Positions 8,688-18,496 of a stretch of 64,000 bases of DNA are shown here, piece after piece. The stretch is taken from NCBI GenBank assembly GCA_001774685.1, contig MFAS01000001.1:351557-415556 (forward strand), written 5' to 3'. This DNA comes from Candidatus Collierbacteria bacterium RIFOXYD2_FULL_45_13. Lineage in GTDB: Bacteria > Patescibacteriota > Microgenomatia > UBA1400 > MFAQ01. A program made the position numbers and the translations under genes. Position 1 is the first letter of the stretch; each line of letters begins with the position of its first letter. The notes under the pieces are model-generated. The model did no database searches. It was not told the DNA's origin and saw nothing but the letters and a program-made list of their open reading frames with translations.

Positions 8688-10181
8688 CTATCCGGTCTTT
8701 CCTAGTTCCGCAATTCTGGTCAATAAATACTCCCGGTTATTTTTTTTGGTATCCTCCAATACTTCTTCGAATAATTCTTTAAGAACTTTTCCGATAATTG
8801 GCCCGGGGGTTACGTTAAGTACTTTCATTACATCTAGTCCGTTCACTACCATATCATTTATTTCCATCGGTTCGAAGAGCTGTTCTCCGATCCGCTTTTG
8901 GAGTTCCATAAATCTCCAGCTGGTTGTTTTGGCACCACTGCCCTTACGGTCGGCAATGCGTAGCATCACCATGTCATTAATATTCTCTTTGCCCACCTTA
9001 CGGATCAGGCGTCGAATGGCACTGTCGGTCATATCCGGCTGGTAAGCAAACATGTGCCATCGAACCAATGTCTCGATTTTATCGATTTGTTTTCGGTTAA
9101 ATTTGAGTCTCTCCGTAATTTCTTTTATCATCCTCGCCCCGATTACTTCATGGCCGTAGAACGTCACCATTCCCTTTGTCGGCTGGGTATATCCACAACT
9201 GGCACAAGTAGTCATTTCCTCGGACAAATCCCGGTACATCTTGGCACATTTTCGGCACTTAAATCTCTGGCTTCTCGGCTTTCCTATATCATGTACAAAG
9301 GTAGCCAAGCGGATGATCGGGTCGGTTGATGGACACTCGGCCAGAGCCTCCAGCATATGATCCAAGACCGACAGTTTGTGGTGTCCACCCTGCACCACAC
9401 CACGACCCTCCATTACTTCCGGCATGAAGTGGTCCATCAGCCCCGTTGAAATGAGCAGTCTTACCCCATCTGCCGGATAGTTAGATCCAAGGATTTTCAG
9501 AAACTCTTCTCTGATTCTCTCCTTGCTGATTTTTTCCAGAAGTACCGATTTTTCACCAATCGCAGTCAACGTGTTTTCCTCAATCAAAAACCCCAGTCTG
9601 GCGGCAAACCTGATCGCCCTCATCATTCGCAGTGCATCTTCGTTAAAGCGGATACGAGGATCTCCTACGGCTCTTATCAAACCATTTTCAAAATCTCTCA
9701 GTCCATCCACCATATCCACCAGCTCATATTCTCCTTTTGAGTTTTTGGGTTTTTGAGTTTTTGTGTTTTTTATTCCAATTACTATCGCATTTATCGTAAA
9801 ATCCCTTCTGGTGACATCTTCATCCAAAGTTTTTCCCCAAGACACATTGTCTGGGCGCCGATAATCGGAATACTCTTTCTCAGATCGGTATGTCGTTACC
9901 TCGTAAAGTTCCTCAATGCCATTGATGGTTACATTAAAAGACACCGTCCCAAAATCATTGTTATAAAATGGGCTGTGCATCCTCAACACCTCCAAGCTCT
10001 GTTCGGGCGTTGCGTTAGTTGTGAGATCACAGTTTTCCGGAACCTTTCCCAAAATCAAATTTCTCACCCCACCACCTACTAAATAAATCTCGAACCCAGC
10101 CTTTTGGTATTCATCAAATGTATTCTTTAGTGGTTCTGGAATCAGTGAAACCTCATCTGGTAATAGCTGTCTGGTGTACAC
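8688..10181 (-). CDS. cca: CCA-adding tRNA nucleotidyltransferase with HD domain
   Basis: GGGVRNLILG...DLTT polymerase-beta head; HDIGKP HD motif; Cys4 insertion CRKC...CASC inside the HD domain. Confidence 0.8.
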   Translation of the reverse strand: MYTRQLLPDEVSLIPEPLKNTFDEYQKAGFEIYLVGGGVRNLILGKVPENCDLTTNATPEQSLEVLRMHSPFYNNDFGTVSFNVTINGIEELYEVTTYRSEKEYSDYRRPDNVSWGKTLDEDVTRRDFTINAIVIGIKNTKTQKPKNSKGEYELVDMVDGLRDFENGLIRAVGDPRIRFNEDALRMMRAIRFAARLGFLIEENTLTAIGEKSVLLEKISKERIREEFLKILGSNYPADGVRLLISTGLMDHFMPEVMEGRGVVQGGHHKLSVLDHMLEALAECPSTDPIIRLATFVHDIGKPRSQRFKCRKCAKMYRDLSEEMTTCASCGYTQPTKGMVTFYGHEVIGARMIKEITERLKFNRKQIDKIETLVRWHMFAYQPDMTDSAIRRLIRKVGKENINDMVMLRIADRKGSGAKTTSWRFMELQKRIGEQLFEPMEINDMVVNGLDVMKVLNVTPGPIIGKVLKELFEEVLEDTKKNNREYLLTRIAELGKTG

Positions 10182-10223
10182 GCTTAAATCTTATCACGCT
10201 GAATCATGTAGAATAGCCTCGTA

Positions 10224-11711
10224 GTGATTATATTAAAGGACATAATTTTCGAGTTGGAAAAAAACGGCAATTCGGTCGATAAGATCCGTCTTGCCGGAGT
10301 CTATAAATATGTTCGCAACGCTCACTCTGGTCAGGTAAGACAGACAGGGGATCCTCTCTTCACTCATCCAGTCACCGTCGCTTACTACTTGGCTTCTTGG
10401 GGTTTGGATCAAGTCACCGTTGAAGCAGGTTTACTCCATGAGGTCATCGAAACATCAAAAGTAACTCTCAAAGATGTGGAATGGGTTTTTGGTGAAGAGT
10501 GTGCCCGGTTGGTTGACGGTGTTGCCCGCGTCGGACAGGTTAAGCTCAGAGGCAGTCGAGACGAAGAGTTTTTGGAAAATCTGCGCAGAATGTTCGTCGC
10601 CATGGCCCAAGATATCCGGGTGGTCATTATTCGGTTAGCAGACCGACTACATAATATTTCTACCTTAGATGCGGTTCCCATCTCCAAACAAAAAAGAATC
10701 TCTCTCGAAACCTTAGAGGTCTACGCCCCCCTTGCGGACAGGTTGGGCATGGGTAAGTTAAAAGGGGACTTGGAAGACTCGGCCTTTCCTTATGTTTATC
10801 CGGAAGAATACAACTGGTTAGTTACCATCGCCAAACCGCACTTCAAATATTCCGAAGATAACATTCTGGAAACAATTAACCGCATTCGGCAACAATTGGC
10901 CAAGCATGGAATCAAAGCCCATACCGAATATCGTCTCAAACGTAAATACAGTTTGTTTCGCAAACTACTCAGGCCGGAAATCAATCGTGATATTAGCCGG
11001 ATCCACGACTTAATGGCCATCAGGATCATCACCGAAGACACCGCCTCATGTTACTCCACTCTTGGCATAATTCATCAATACTGGAAACCGGTTCCCTTCT
11101 TAGGTATTTCCGATTTCATTTCCCAGCCAAAACCAAACGGCTATCAATCTATCCATACCAAGGTTTTCGACAACCGGGGCAATATCGTAGAAGTACAGAT
11201 TCGTTCCGAAGAAATGCATTTGCAGGCCGAGTTTGGCGCCGCCGCTCACTTTGCCTATACCAGAGCCAAACATGAAGGTGCCTCGGATGAGAAACTTGAG
11301 AAGGGAACCGCCTTCACCATTTCGGAAAAAATGGCTTGGGTTAAACAGCTGGCCGGTTGGCAGCAACAGGTCGTTGGTGTCAAAGAGACTTTATCTGATT
11401 TTCATCTTGATGCGCTTTCTCACCACATTTATGTATTCTCTCCCAAGGGGGACGTCTACGATCTTCCCGAAGACGCAACTCCTGTCGACTATGCGTTTAA
11501 TGTGCATTCTAACCTGGGGTTTTATATCCAGTCGGCCAAGATAAACGATAAAATTGCCTCCGTCGATGCCAAGCTTAAGAGCGGAGACGTGGTGGAAATA
11601 ATCAAAACAAAGAAACCCAAATTACCGAACAGAAACTGGTTGCGGTTTGTCAAAACTCACAAGGCCAAGTTGGAAATTAAAAAAGCCCTCGAGAAGGGTA
11701 CTGGGGTATAA
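10224..11711 (+). CDS. rel: RelA/SpoT-family bifunctional (p)ppGpp synthetase/hydrolase, short form (HD + synthetase + TGS, no ACT)
   Basis: HD hydrolase domain (HSGQVRQTGDPLFTHP), RelA/SpoT synthetase core and a TGS domain at the C-terminus. Confidence 0.8.
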   Translation: MIILKDIIFELEKNGNSVDKIRLAGVYKYVRNAHSGQVRQTGDPLFTHPVTVAYYLASWGLDQVTVEAGLLHEVIETSKVTLKDVEWVFGEECARLVDGVARVGQVKLRGSRDEEFLENLRRMFVAMAQDIRVVIIRLADRLHNISTLDAVPISKQKRISLETLEVYAPLADRLGMGKLKGDLEDSAFPYVYPEEYNWLVTIAKPHFKYSEDNILETINRIRQQLAKHGIKAHTEYRLKRKYSLFRKLLRPEINRDISRIHDLMAIRIITEDTASCYSTLGIIHQYWKPVPFLGISDFISQPKPNGYQSIHTKVFDNRGNIVEVQIRSEEMHLQAEFGAAAHFAYTRAKHEGASDEKLEKGTAFTISEKMAWVKQLAGWQQQVVGVKETLSDFHLDALSHHIYVFSPKGDVYDLPEDATPVDYAFNVHSNLGFYIQSAKINDKIASVDAKLKSGDVVEIIKTKKPKLPNRNWLRFVKTHKAKLEIKKALEKGTGV

Positions 11712-11722
11712 AATGGACTAAC

Positions 11723-12628
11723 TTGATGAAAAAATACCCCAAACTCCCAAGATTACTTCTCGACGCTTTTTCTCTCCTGGGAATTTGTTTATTTTTTGTT
11801 CTTTCGCCGGTCATTGGCAAGGTACCGGGCTCTAGCCAACCGGCGGTCAAAGCTGCATATGTTACAGAGCCAAACCTGCCCGTCCAAACCGGCGTCAGTG
11901 CTCCGAACCTGACCGCCCAGGGAGTTTTTATCATGGATGTGGACACTGGCACAATCCTCTATGACAAGAACCCGCACTTGCCTCTAAAGCCGGCATCTCT
12001 GACAAAAATAATGACAGCCCTCATCGCCATGGATTATTTCCAAGATGACTCGGTTCTCAAAGTAGTCAACGGTCAATCATCGCTTGGAAATACAGCCGAC
12101 TTGATCAAGGGTGATGAATTGACCGCCTTAGATTTATTTTATGCCCTACTTGTTCCATCGGGAAACGATGCCGCGGTTACTCTGGCAGAGAACTACCCCG
12201 GCGGCTATCGGATCTTTTTGGAAAGAATGAATCAAAAAGTGGGGGAGCTTGGTCTCAAGAATACTCACTTTGTGAACGTCTCCGGTGTCGAAAGCCCGGA
12301 TCACTACACCACTGCCTACGACATCGCCATGATAGCGAGAAAGGCTCTCGCCAGGCAGCGTTTTGCCACCATCGTTTCTACAAAAAGCATTACCCTCCGG
12401 AGTCTAAAAGGACATCTCTATCCCCTTACTTCCACTAACGTACTTCTGGAACAACCCGGCATTCTCGGTGTCAAGACCGGATGGACCCCAGAGGCGGGAG
12501 AGTGTTTGGTAATACTGGCCGAGAGAGACAGTCACCCAATATTAATCAGTTTACTCAATAGTAAAGATCGTTTCGGTGAAGGGGAAAAACTGGTCAAATG
12601 GGCCTACTCCAACTTCACCTGGCAATAA
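11723..12628 (+). CDS. D-alanyl-D-alanine carboxypeptidase (peptidase S11, PBP5-like)
   Basis: SxxK (ASLTK), SGN (PSGND) and KTG (VKTGWT) motifs; signal anchor. Confidence 0.75.
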   Translation: MMKKYPKLPRLLLDAFSLLGICLFFVLSPVIGKVPGSSQPAVKAAYVTEPNLPVQTGVSAPNLTAQGVFIMDVDTGTILYDKNPHLPLKPASLTKIMTALIAMDYFQDDSVLKVVNGQSSLGNTADLIKGDELTALDLFYALLVPSGNDAAVTLAENYPGGYRIFLERMNQKVGELGLKNTHFVNVSGVESPDHYTTAYDIAMIARKALARQRFATIVSTKSITLRSLKGHLYPLTSTNVLLEQPGILGVKTGWTPEAGECLVILAERDSHPILISLLNSKDRFGEGEKLVKWAYSNFTWQ

Positions 12629-13714
12629 TCATTTCTTCTCTATCCACTCGTTCCTCACCGCCGACACGTAGGCCGTAAAACCTTGATCCCCTAGGAATAC
12701 AAAAATTGGCATAGCGTATTTTTGGTTCTCATTTGAGTCATAATATCCCAAGAAGACTCTTCGGATTTTGACTTCTCCGGATCTCGGACCAATAGGAGTG
12801 ACAAACCCACCTCCTCCCGAAAGTTCATCCCAAGCCTCCTCACCTGTCTTTACCGGGTATGTCGAATTCTTGGCGTAGTCAATGTTAGTGTATTCATAGT
12901 CCATATACACAACTTTCTCGCTTTGGATCTTCGACCCGCTTACCACTACACGTATTAAACCCTTGCTCGGATCTGTCCGGTAAAACGGGTAACTTGCTTT
13001 AATTTCTTTTGTTTTGCTGTTTGGATCAATCTCATCAATATTTTTCCTAAACAAGTCCAATTGAACAAAATCAGCATCGGACAGGGAGAGAGCGGAAACC
13101 AATTTAGCTGCGTCATTTTTCAAATACGTTACTTTTTCAACTCCGACAGCGTCGTCGTTCAGGAGCCCAATTCTTTTTATATAATTCTCTGTCTCCGTTA
13201 TCACTTGTTTGTCAGACTGAAAATTACCCATTGTAGCCAGTGCCGGGTTGTTTTGCCACTGGCGTGAGAGGACAAAGTGCCCGGAAATAATATTCATCTC
13301 CAGCTTCGAGCTAAGTTGGTCTTGATTGGTCCAAATATAATCCGTTTCTGTTGGCTGAAAGGGTTTAAAGAGAAACCCAAGAGCTGTAGCTGTGTCTACT
13401 GCCGTATCTGCATCAGCAAAGCCGCTTCTCTTGGTCGGAGCCCAATAGACTCTCATGCGGTCAGGGAAAGCAGGTATTACCCCGGTCGGTAGTTCCAAAG
13501 ACATCTTTGGTCTATCTTTACTCGCCGGGAAATTGAGCTCGGATAAAACTCCAAAGCTTGCCCCAGCCGGAGGCAGGGGAGGAGGGTTAAGTAGCTTGTA
13601 GTAGTCCAGAGCGGCCACCCCAATGTACCAAAGGATAGTGATTCCGACGAACCCAATAGCCCCCCACTTTATTGCCTTTCTTGCCACCACAGATGCTTCG
13701 GTTAGTGTAGCCAT
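12629..13714 (-). CDS. hypothetical membrane-anchored protein
   Basis: ORF track 12629..13813; start moved to Met34 to avoid overlap with the gltX start; N-terminal TM helices; proline-rich linker. Confidence 0.35.
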   Translation of the reverse strand: MATLTEASVVARKAIKWGAIGFVGITILWYIGVAALDYYKLLNPPPLPPAGASFGVLSELNFPASKDRPKMSLELPTGVIPAFPDRMRVYWAPTKRSGFADADTAVDTATALGFLFKPFQPTETDYIWTNQDQLSSKLEMNIISGHFVLSRQWQNNPALATMGNFQSDKQVITETENYIKRIGLLNDDAVGVEKVTYLKNDAAKLVSALSLSDADFVQLDLFRKNIDEIDPNSKTKEIKASYPFYRTDPSKGLIRVVVSGSKIQSEKVVYMDYEYTNIDYAKNSTYPVKTGEEAWDELSGGGGFVTPIGPRSGEVKIRRVFLGYYDSNENQKYAMPIFVFLGDQGFTAYVSAVRNEWIEKK

Positions 13715-13739
13715 AGTCTTAATAAAGTATACTATCCAT

Positions 13740-15161
13740 ATGGCCGATACGCACGTCAGAACTAGAAATGCCCCTTCACCCACCGGTGTCCCCCATGTAG
13801 GGAATACTCGCACAGCACTTTTTGATTACCTTTTAGCCAAAAAATATGGTGGAGAATTTATTTTGCGTATCGAAGATACCGACCAAGATCGCTTTGTTCC
13901 GGGTTCCATAGAAAAAATCTACCAAATTCACGATCTTCTTGGTCTGGTGCGTGACGAAGATCCTGTGGTGGGTGGGCCTTTTGGTCCATACATTCAATCT
14001 CAAAGGCTGGAGATTTATCAAAAATATGCCAGTCTTCTTGTCGGCATAGACGCCGCCTATCCCTGTTTTTGTTCTGAGGAAAGATTAAAGTCACTTCATG
14101 AAAAAGATCAGTTTGCCAAATACGATCGTTTTTGTCGAAAACTTACCAGTGAAGAAGCCCAAAGGAAAATTGCAGCAGGTGAACCGTACGTCTTACGAGT
14201 CAAACTTCCTGAAACCGGTTTCACTATTTGGCACGACCTTGTTCAGGGAAAACTTAGTCTACCCAATAATGAATGTGACGACAAGGTAATAATGAAAACG
14301 ATCGGCATACCTACCTATCACCTGGCTGTAGTCATCGATGACCACCTCATGAAGATCAGTCATGTGCTTCGTGGAGTCGAGTGGATGGCCTCCACCCCGG
14401 TACATTTATTTCTTTACGAAGCACTCGGCTGGCAACCTCCCACTTTTGCCCACGTTCCACTGCTTCTTGGACCGGATAAAAGCAAACTCTCCAAGCGTCA
14501 CGGAGCCAAATCTGTCCTCGAATATGCCGAAGATGGTTACCTTCCGGAAGCCATTAACAACTTCCTTTTTTATCTTGGCTTCTCTTACAAAGACAATTCT
14601 GAGATGCTTACCCTCGATAAAATGGTCGAAATATTTGATGAAAAGAAAATTCAAAGACAAAACGCTATCTTTGATATCCAGCGTTTAAATTACCTCAACA
14701 GCCAATGGATCAAAAAAATGCCCATAGAAGATTTATTCTTAAGATTAAACACTTACATCCCGGCTGATTGGAATGATGAGAAGGTCAAGCAAATCCTGGC
14801 TTTAGTCAAAGAAAGGATGTTTACTTTGAGGGACTTTGCCCCGGCGGCGGAATATTTCTTTACGGCTCCAGTAGTCAGTGTCCAGTCTGTCTTGGATCAG
14901 TCCGGCCATTCAGAAAAAGAAACTGTGTCTTGGTTTGAGACGGTCAAATCGGTTATCAAAGATATCTCGGACTTTAATTCGACAGTTCTCCATGATGAGT
15001 TGGCCAAAGCCCAGGCCATTTCCGGCTTCTCTCCCAAAGAAGCTTTTATGTCACTCCGTGTGGCCATCTCGGGCCGTTCTGTCACCCCGCCACTCTTTGA
15101 CTGCATGGTAATTTTAGGCAAAGACGAAACTCTCAAGAGATTGTCCGCCATTATTTCTTGA
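13740..15161 (+). CDS. gltX: glutamyl-tRNA synthetase
   Basis: HIGH-region motif PSPTGVPHVGN and KMSKS motif KLSKRHG; the ORF-track N-terminal extension is discarded (start at MADTHVRTRNAPSPTG). Confidence 0.85.
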   Translation: MADTHVRTRNAPSPTGVPHVGNTRTALFDYLLAKKYGGEFILRIEDTDQDRFVPGSIEKIYQIHDLLGLVRDEDPVVGGPFGPYIQSQRLEIYQKYASLLVGIDAAYPCFCSEERLKSLHEKDQFAKYDRFCRKLTSEEAQRKIAAGEPYVLRVKLPETGFTIWHDLVQGKLSLPNNECDDKVIMKTIGIPTYHLAVVIDDHLMKISHVLRGVEWMASTPVHLFLYEALGWQPPTFAHVPLLLGPDKSKLSKRHGAKSVLEYAEDGYLPEAINNFLFYLGFSYKDNSEMLTLDKMVEIFDEKKIQRQNAIFDIQRLNYLNSQWIKKMPIEDLFLRLNTYIPADWNDEKVKQILALVKERMFTLRDFAPAAEYFFTAPVVSVQSVLDQSGHSEKETVSWFETVKSVIKDISDFNSTVLHDELAKAQAISGFSPKEAFMSLRVAISGRSVTPPLFDCMVILGKDETLKRLSAIIS

Positions 15162-15165
15162 TCTT

Positions 15166-16050
15166 ATGGCCACTACCAACCTACTTAAGTCGATTGAAAA
15201 GCTCGAGAAAAGGTCGTCTACACTCAGGCGCAAACTTCTGCGCCATTCGGCATCCAAAAAATTTTTTACCAAATCAAGTTTAATCGCTCACCGTCTGCGC
15301 CAAAGATCCAGCCAGATTCTTGCCGGTGCCGGACTGATTGGAGCCATCCTTACCATGCCGGCTCCTCCAAACCTTTCTATCGCCGGGCAGCTACCCGACT
15401 CTACTCAGAACCAGCCAATTGAAAATAAGCTTACAGTCAGGCAAAAATTAATGACCGGTTTACAGGAGTTACTACCTCACCAGCCGACCAAGCTTACTCC
15501 AGAGTCGGCCGAAAAAGTTGAGAGGGTCATCTTTGAGAACACCGGTATTATCGCCAAAGCCGTTTTGGAAGATCAGTCACTCAATCACCAGCTAGGCTAT
15601 ATCGGTTTTGAACAGCATTTGTTTCGTTTTCCGGGTGATTCTTTAGCCCAGCACGATGAAATACAGGAGGCTGGTATAGCGCCGGGTCGAGGAGCTTTTG
15701 GCTACTTCGCCAAAGACTCAGGTAGCTTCACCACTCGCGAATACCAGAGAGAGAAATATTACTGTGTGGTCCAAACTTTATATCTCGAAAGTTGGAATCG
15801 CGACCACAAGTTTCTCAAGGACTGGTATGCTTTTCGGAAAATGATCGTCATCAATCCGGTGAACGGTTTAGCTGTTGTCTGTGACATTGGTGACGCCGGC
15901 CCGGCCGACTGGACGGGGAAACAGTTTGGTGGCTCTCCGGAAACTATGCAATACTTGGATTTAAACAAGGGTCCGCGGAAAGGTCTGGTACTCATGCTTT
16001 TTATAGACGATCCCGATAATAAAGTCCCTCTCGGCCCAATAGTCAATTAA
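15166..16050 (+). CDS. secreted/membrane-anchored protein with C-terminal RlpA-like double-psi beta-barrel domain (tentative)
   Basis: N-terminal TM helix; C-terminal MIVINPVNGLAVVCDIGDAGP...LDL resembles the RlpA DPBB motif. Confidence 0.35.
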   Translation: MATTNLLKSIEKLEKRSSTLRRKLLRHSASKKFFTKSSLIAHRLRQRSSQILAGAGLIGAILTMPAPPNLSIAGQLPDSTQNQPIENKLTVRQKLMTGLQELLPHQPTKLTPESAEKVERVIFENTGIIAKAVLEDQSLNHQLGYIGFEQHLFRFPGDSLAQHDEIQEAGIAPGRGAFGYFAKDSGSFTTREYQREKYYCVVQTLYLESWNRDHKFLKDWYAFRKMIVINPVNGLAVVCDIGDAGPADWTGKQFGGSPETMQYLDLNKGPRKGLVLMLFIDDPDNKVPLGPIVN

Positions 16051-16106
16051 AATATTAATTATTAGTCATCTGGGAACCGAAATCTGAAAACTGAGATCTA
16101 AAACAC

Positions 16107-16430
16107 ATGGCAATACTTTTTTACGACCATCTCGTCGCCAAGTCTGAAATCGAGCAACTGCTGGCCGAAATTGACGAAGCGGAAAACCAAAAAGGTAAGA
16201 CTGTACAGCTTATCGATGACATTATTTTCCAGGGTATAGTCGGTTTTATTTTGGAAAAACTGGAGCCGCACCATCATCATGTTTTTTTAACAATTGTTCA
16301 CGAAAGACCATATGACCCTGAGATTATTTCCTATTTAAAGTTGCATGCCGGTTCCGATATCGAAGAGAAGATTCGCAGTGAAGCCGACCAGTTGGTCAAA
16401 ATGATTCTTCGCGATCTTCAAGTGGAATAG
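16107..16430 (+). CDS. hypothetical acidic protein
   Basis: ORF track only. Confidence 0.3.
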   Translation: MAILFYDHLVAKSEIEQLLAEIDEAENQKGKTVQLIDDIIFQGIVGFILEKLEPHHHHVFLTIVHERPYDPEIISYLKLHAGSDIEEKIRSEADQLVKMILRDLQVE

Positions 16431-16475
16431 GACGCAATCTATACAAACAAGTTCATCAGTGCTACCCTAATAGTT

Positions 16476-17003
16476 ATGAAAGACGAAAAATGCCCCAAGT
16501 GTGGTTCCCCCCTCGGAGAAATAGTGGAGACACCTTCAGGAAAAAGACTTCAGCGATGTTCCACCGGTAGTTGGAACAAAGAGACGAAAAAGTCCGAAGG
16601 CTGTGACTACGTTAAGTGGCTGGAGGTCGAACCCCAGACCCTAGACGAAAAATGCCCCAAGTGTGACTCTCCTTTGATACTTCAAGTCACCCGTTTTGGT
16701 AAAAAGATGAAAAAGTGTAGTACCAACGTTTGGAACAAAGAAACCAAAACCTCGGAAGGTTGTGATTATGTCGAGTGGATCAACGGTACCACCGAAAAGC
16801 TGGACGAAAAATGCCCACAGTGTGGCGAACCCTTGGTTCTCTTTACCACTACCGCCGGCAAGCGTCTTAAAAAGTGCTCTACTTCCGGCTGGGATCGGGA
16901 AGCCAAGAAAGCCACCGGTTGTGACTACGTACAGTGGCTCAAGGGTAACTTCAACGCTCCCGCCAACGGGGAAGAGTTCCTTCCACCTGAGGATATCTTC
17001 TAA
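16476..17003 (+). CDS. protein made of three tandem topoisomerase-type C4 zinc ribbons
   Basis: Three ~49-aa repeats of KCPxCxxPL...GK..xxCST..W...K.SEGCDYV.W (147-nt DNA period). Confidence 0.55.
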   Translation: MKDEKCPKCGSPLGEIVETPSGKRLQRCSTGSWNKETKKSEGCDYVKWLEVEPQTLDEKCPKCDSPLILQVTRFGKKMKKCSTNVWNKETKTSEGCDYVEWINGTTEKLDEKCPQCGEPLVLFTTTAGKRLKKCSTSGWDREAKKATGCDYVQWLKGNFNAPANGEEFLPPEDIF

Positions 17004-17068
17004 GTCCACCACCACTCCAACCTTATTCTTGGCATGACAAAAGAAATAATTGGTGCAACAATGAAGTA

Positions 17069-17482
17069 GTGCAGAAAAGATCAGACACTTCCATTGACCG
17101 ACTCTCCCAACGGGTGACCCATTATATTGGTACTACTACCTCTATCCTGATTCATACTCTTCTTTTTGCCGGCATTTTCTCCCTGCGTTTCTTTGGTTCT
17201 TCCACCGAAGAAATACTCTTGATTCTTACCACGGCGGTCTCCCTGGAAGCTATTTATCTGGCCATTTTTATCCAGATGACTGTCAATCGTACCACCGAGA
17301 GCCTGGCTGGTGTCGAGCGTGATATTGACGACATTCAGGAGGACATCGATGACATTCAGGAAGACGTCAGTGAGGACACCACCGACGAGGTGGACATGGT
17401 CTCCGTTCTCAAAGACATGGAGTTGAGGCTGCGGGAGCTCCAAAAGGACATCTCCACCCTCCAGAAACAAAGCAAAAGTTGA
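17069..17482 (+). CDS. DUF1003-like membrane protein with acidic coiled-coil tail
   Basis: Two TM helices followed by a QMTVNRTTESL motif; internal 21-nt tandem duplication (DIDDIQE x2). Confidence 0.4.
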   Translation: MQKRSDTSIDRLSQRVTHYIGTTTSILIHTLLFAGIFSLRFFGSSTEEILLILTTAVSLEAIYLAIFIQMTVNRTTESLAGVERDIDDIQEDIDDIQEDVSEDTTDEVDMVSVLKDMELRLRELQKDISTLQKQSKS

Positions 17483-17557
17483 CTTGCTTGTGCCTATAGG
17501 ATAGAATCTCCCTATTCTAGGTTCCTTAATAAATGAGCCTGTTTCAGGAGGTTTTTC

Positions 17558-18448
17558 ATGAAATTCCCCAAGATTCTGCTTATTCCTATCTTGTTGTTGA
17601 TCTTGTTGGTCGGCTGCGGCCCTCGTCCGGAAACAGGTGAAATTGGCTTCAAGGTTCCGACTGTTTCAGACAAGGGCTTCGCCACTTTCCACGATCCGGC
17701 GGAGGTTGGACAGCTTTCCATCTCGGTCTCGCTTTACTCTAGCTTCGAGATGGACAAGGAAGCTCGTATCTATGTCGACAATACCGGCCCCTACTCTTGT
17801 TGGCTGTCGGCAGGCATTACCAGCCCCTGCAACAACGTCCCTCTCTCCCAGCCTGGAGTTCATACTCTTCGAGCCGAAGTTGACAAGATGAACGGTGAGG
17901 TCGTTTCAACCGAAATCTCGGTCGAGTGGGTACCTTACAGCCCGATTGAAAGCTTCGCTCTCAATCTTGCTGGTAGAATGGGTATCCAGAGCCCTCAGCT
18001 AGGCTTCAACGTCATTGTCTTTATTTTTGCATCGCTTCTCGTTGTCCTTTTTCTCGCCCTCAAATCCAGCAAGGAAGGTGCAGTGGTTTTTTCCGTTCTG
18101 GTGTTGCTGGGTATCGTCTTCTTTGCACCTCCAGATATATCAGCACTGATTGTTGAGGGTCTTTACGGGGTGGCTGGGGGAATTATCTTCATCTACCTGA
18201 TCAAAGCCTTCTTCGACCGTATGCGACATCTCACTTTCATGCATGTCCCCGGAAAGTTCACCGGTGCCTATGCAGGTGCTGGTGGCGAAGAGGGAGCGAG
18301 TGTTGTGCGGGAATTGGGAAATGCTGGACAAAGAACTATCAGCGCCTCTGAAGACCAAACATATCTGCCTGGTTATGACGAGTCGGAATATCTACCTGGT
18401 GATGTTATAACACCACTAAGACTACCACCTGGTCGTCGCAGACGGTAG
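17558..18448 (+). CDS. lipoprotein with C-terminal membrane domain
   Basis: GGAGG RBS; lipobox LLVGCGP; several TM helices; RRRR tail. Confidence 0.5.
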   Translation: MKFPKILLIPILLLILLVGCGPRPETGEIGFKVPTVSDKGFATFHDPAEVGQLSISVSLYSSFEMDKEARIYVDNTGPYSCWLSAGITSPCNNVPLSQPGVHTLRAEVDKMNGEVVSTEISVEWVPYSPIESFALNLAGRMGIQSPQLGFNVIVFIFASLLVVLFLALKSSKEGAVVFSVLVLLGIVFFAPPDISALIVEGLYGVAGGIIFIYLIKAFFDRMRHLTFMHVPGKFTGAYAGAGGEEGASVVRELGNAGQRTISASEDQTYLPGYDESEYLPGDVITPLRLPPGRRRR

Positions 18449-18468
18449 AGTCACTCTATGCCGCTTCA

Positions 18469-18495
18469 CCCCTCATCTTTATGGTGAGGGTTTTT
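18469..18495. terminator. bidirectional terminator hairpin (CCCTCA...TGAGGG + TTTTT)
   Basis: Hairpin with a T-tract between convergent genes. Confidence 0.4.
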
Positions 18496-18496
18496 C

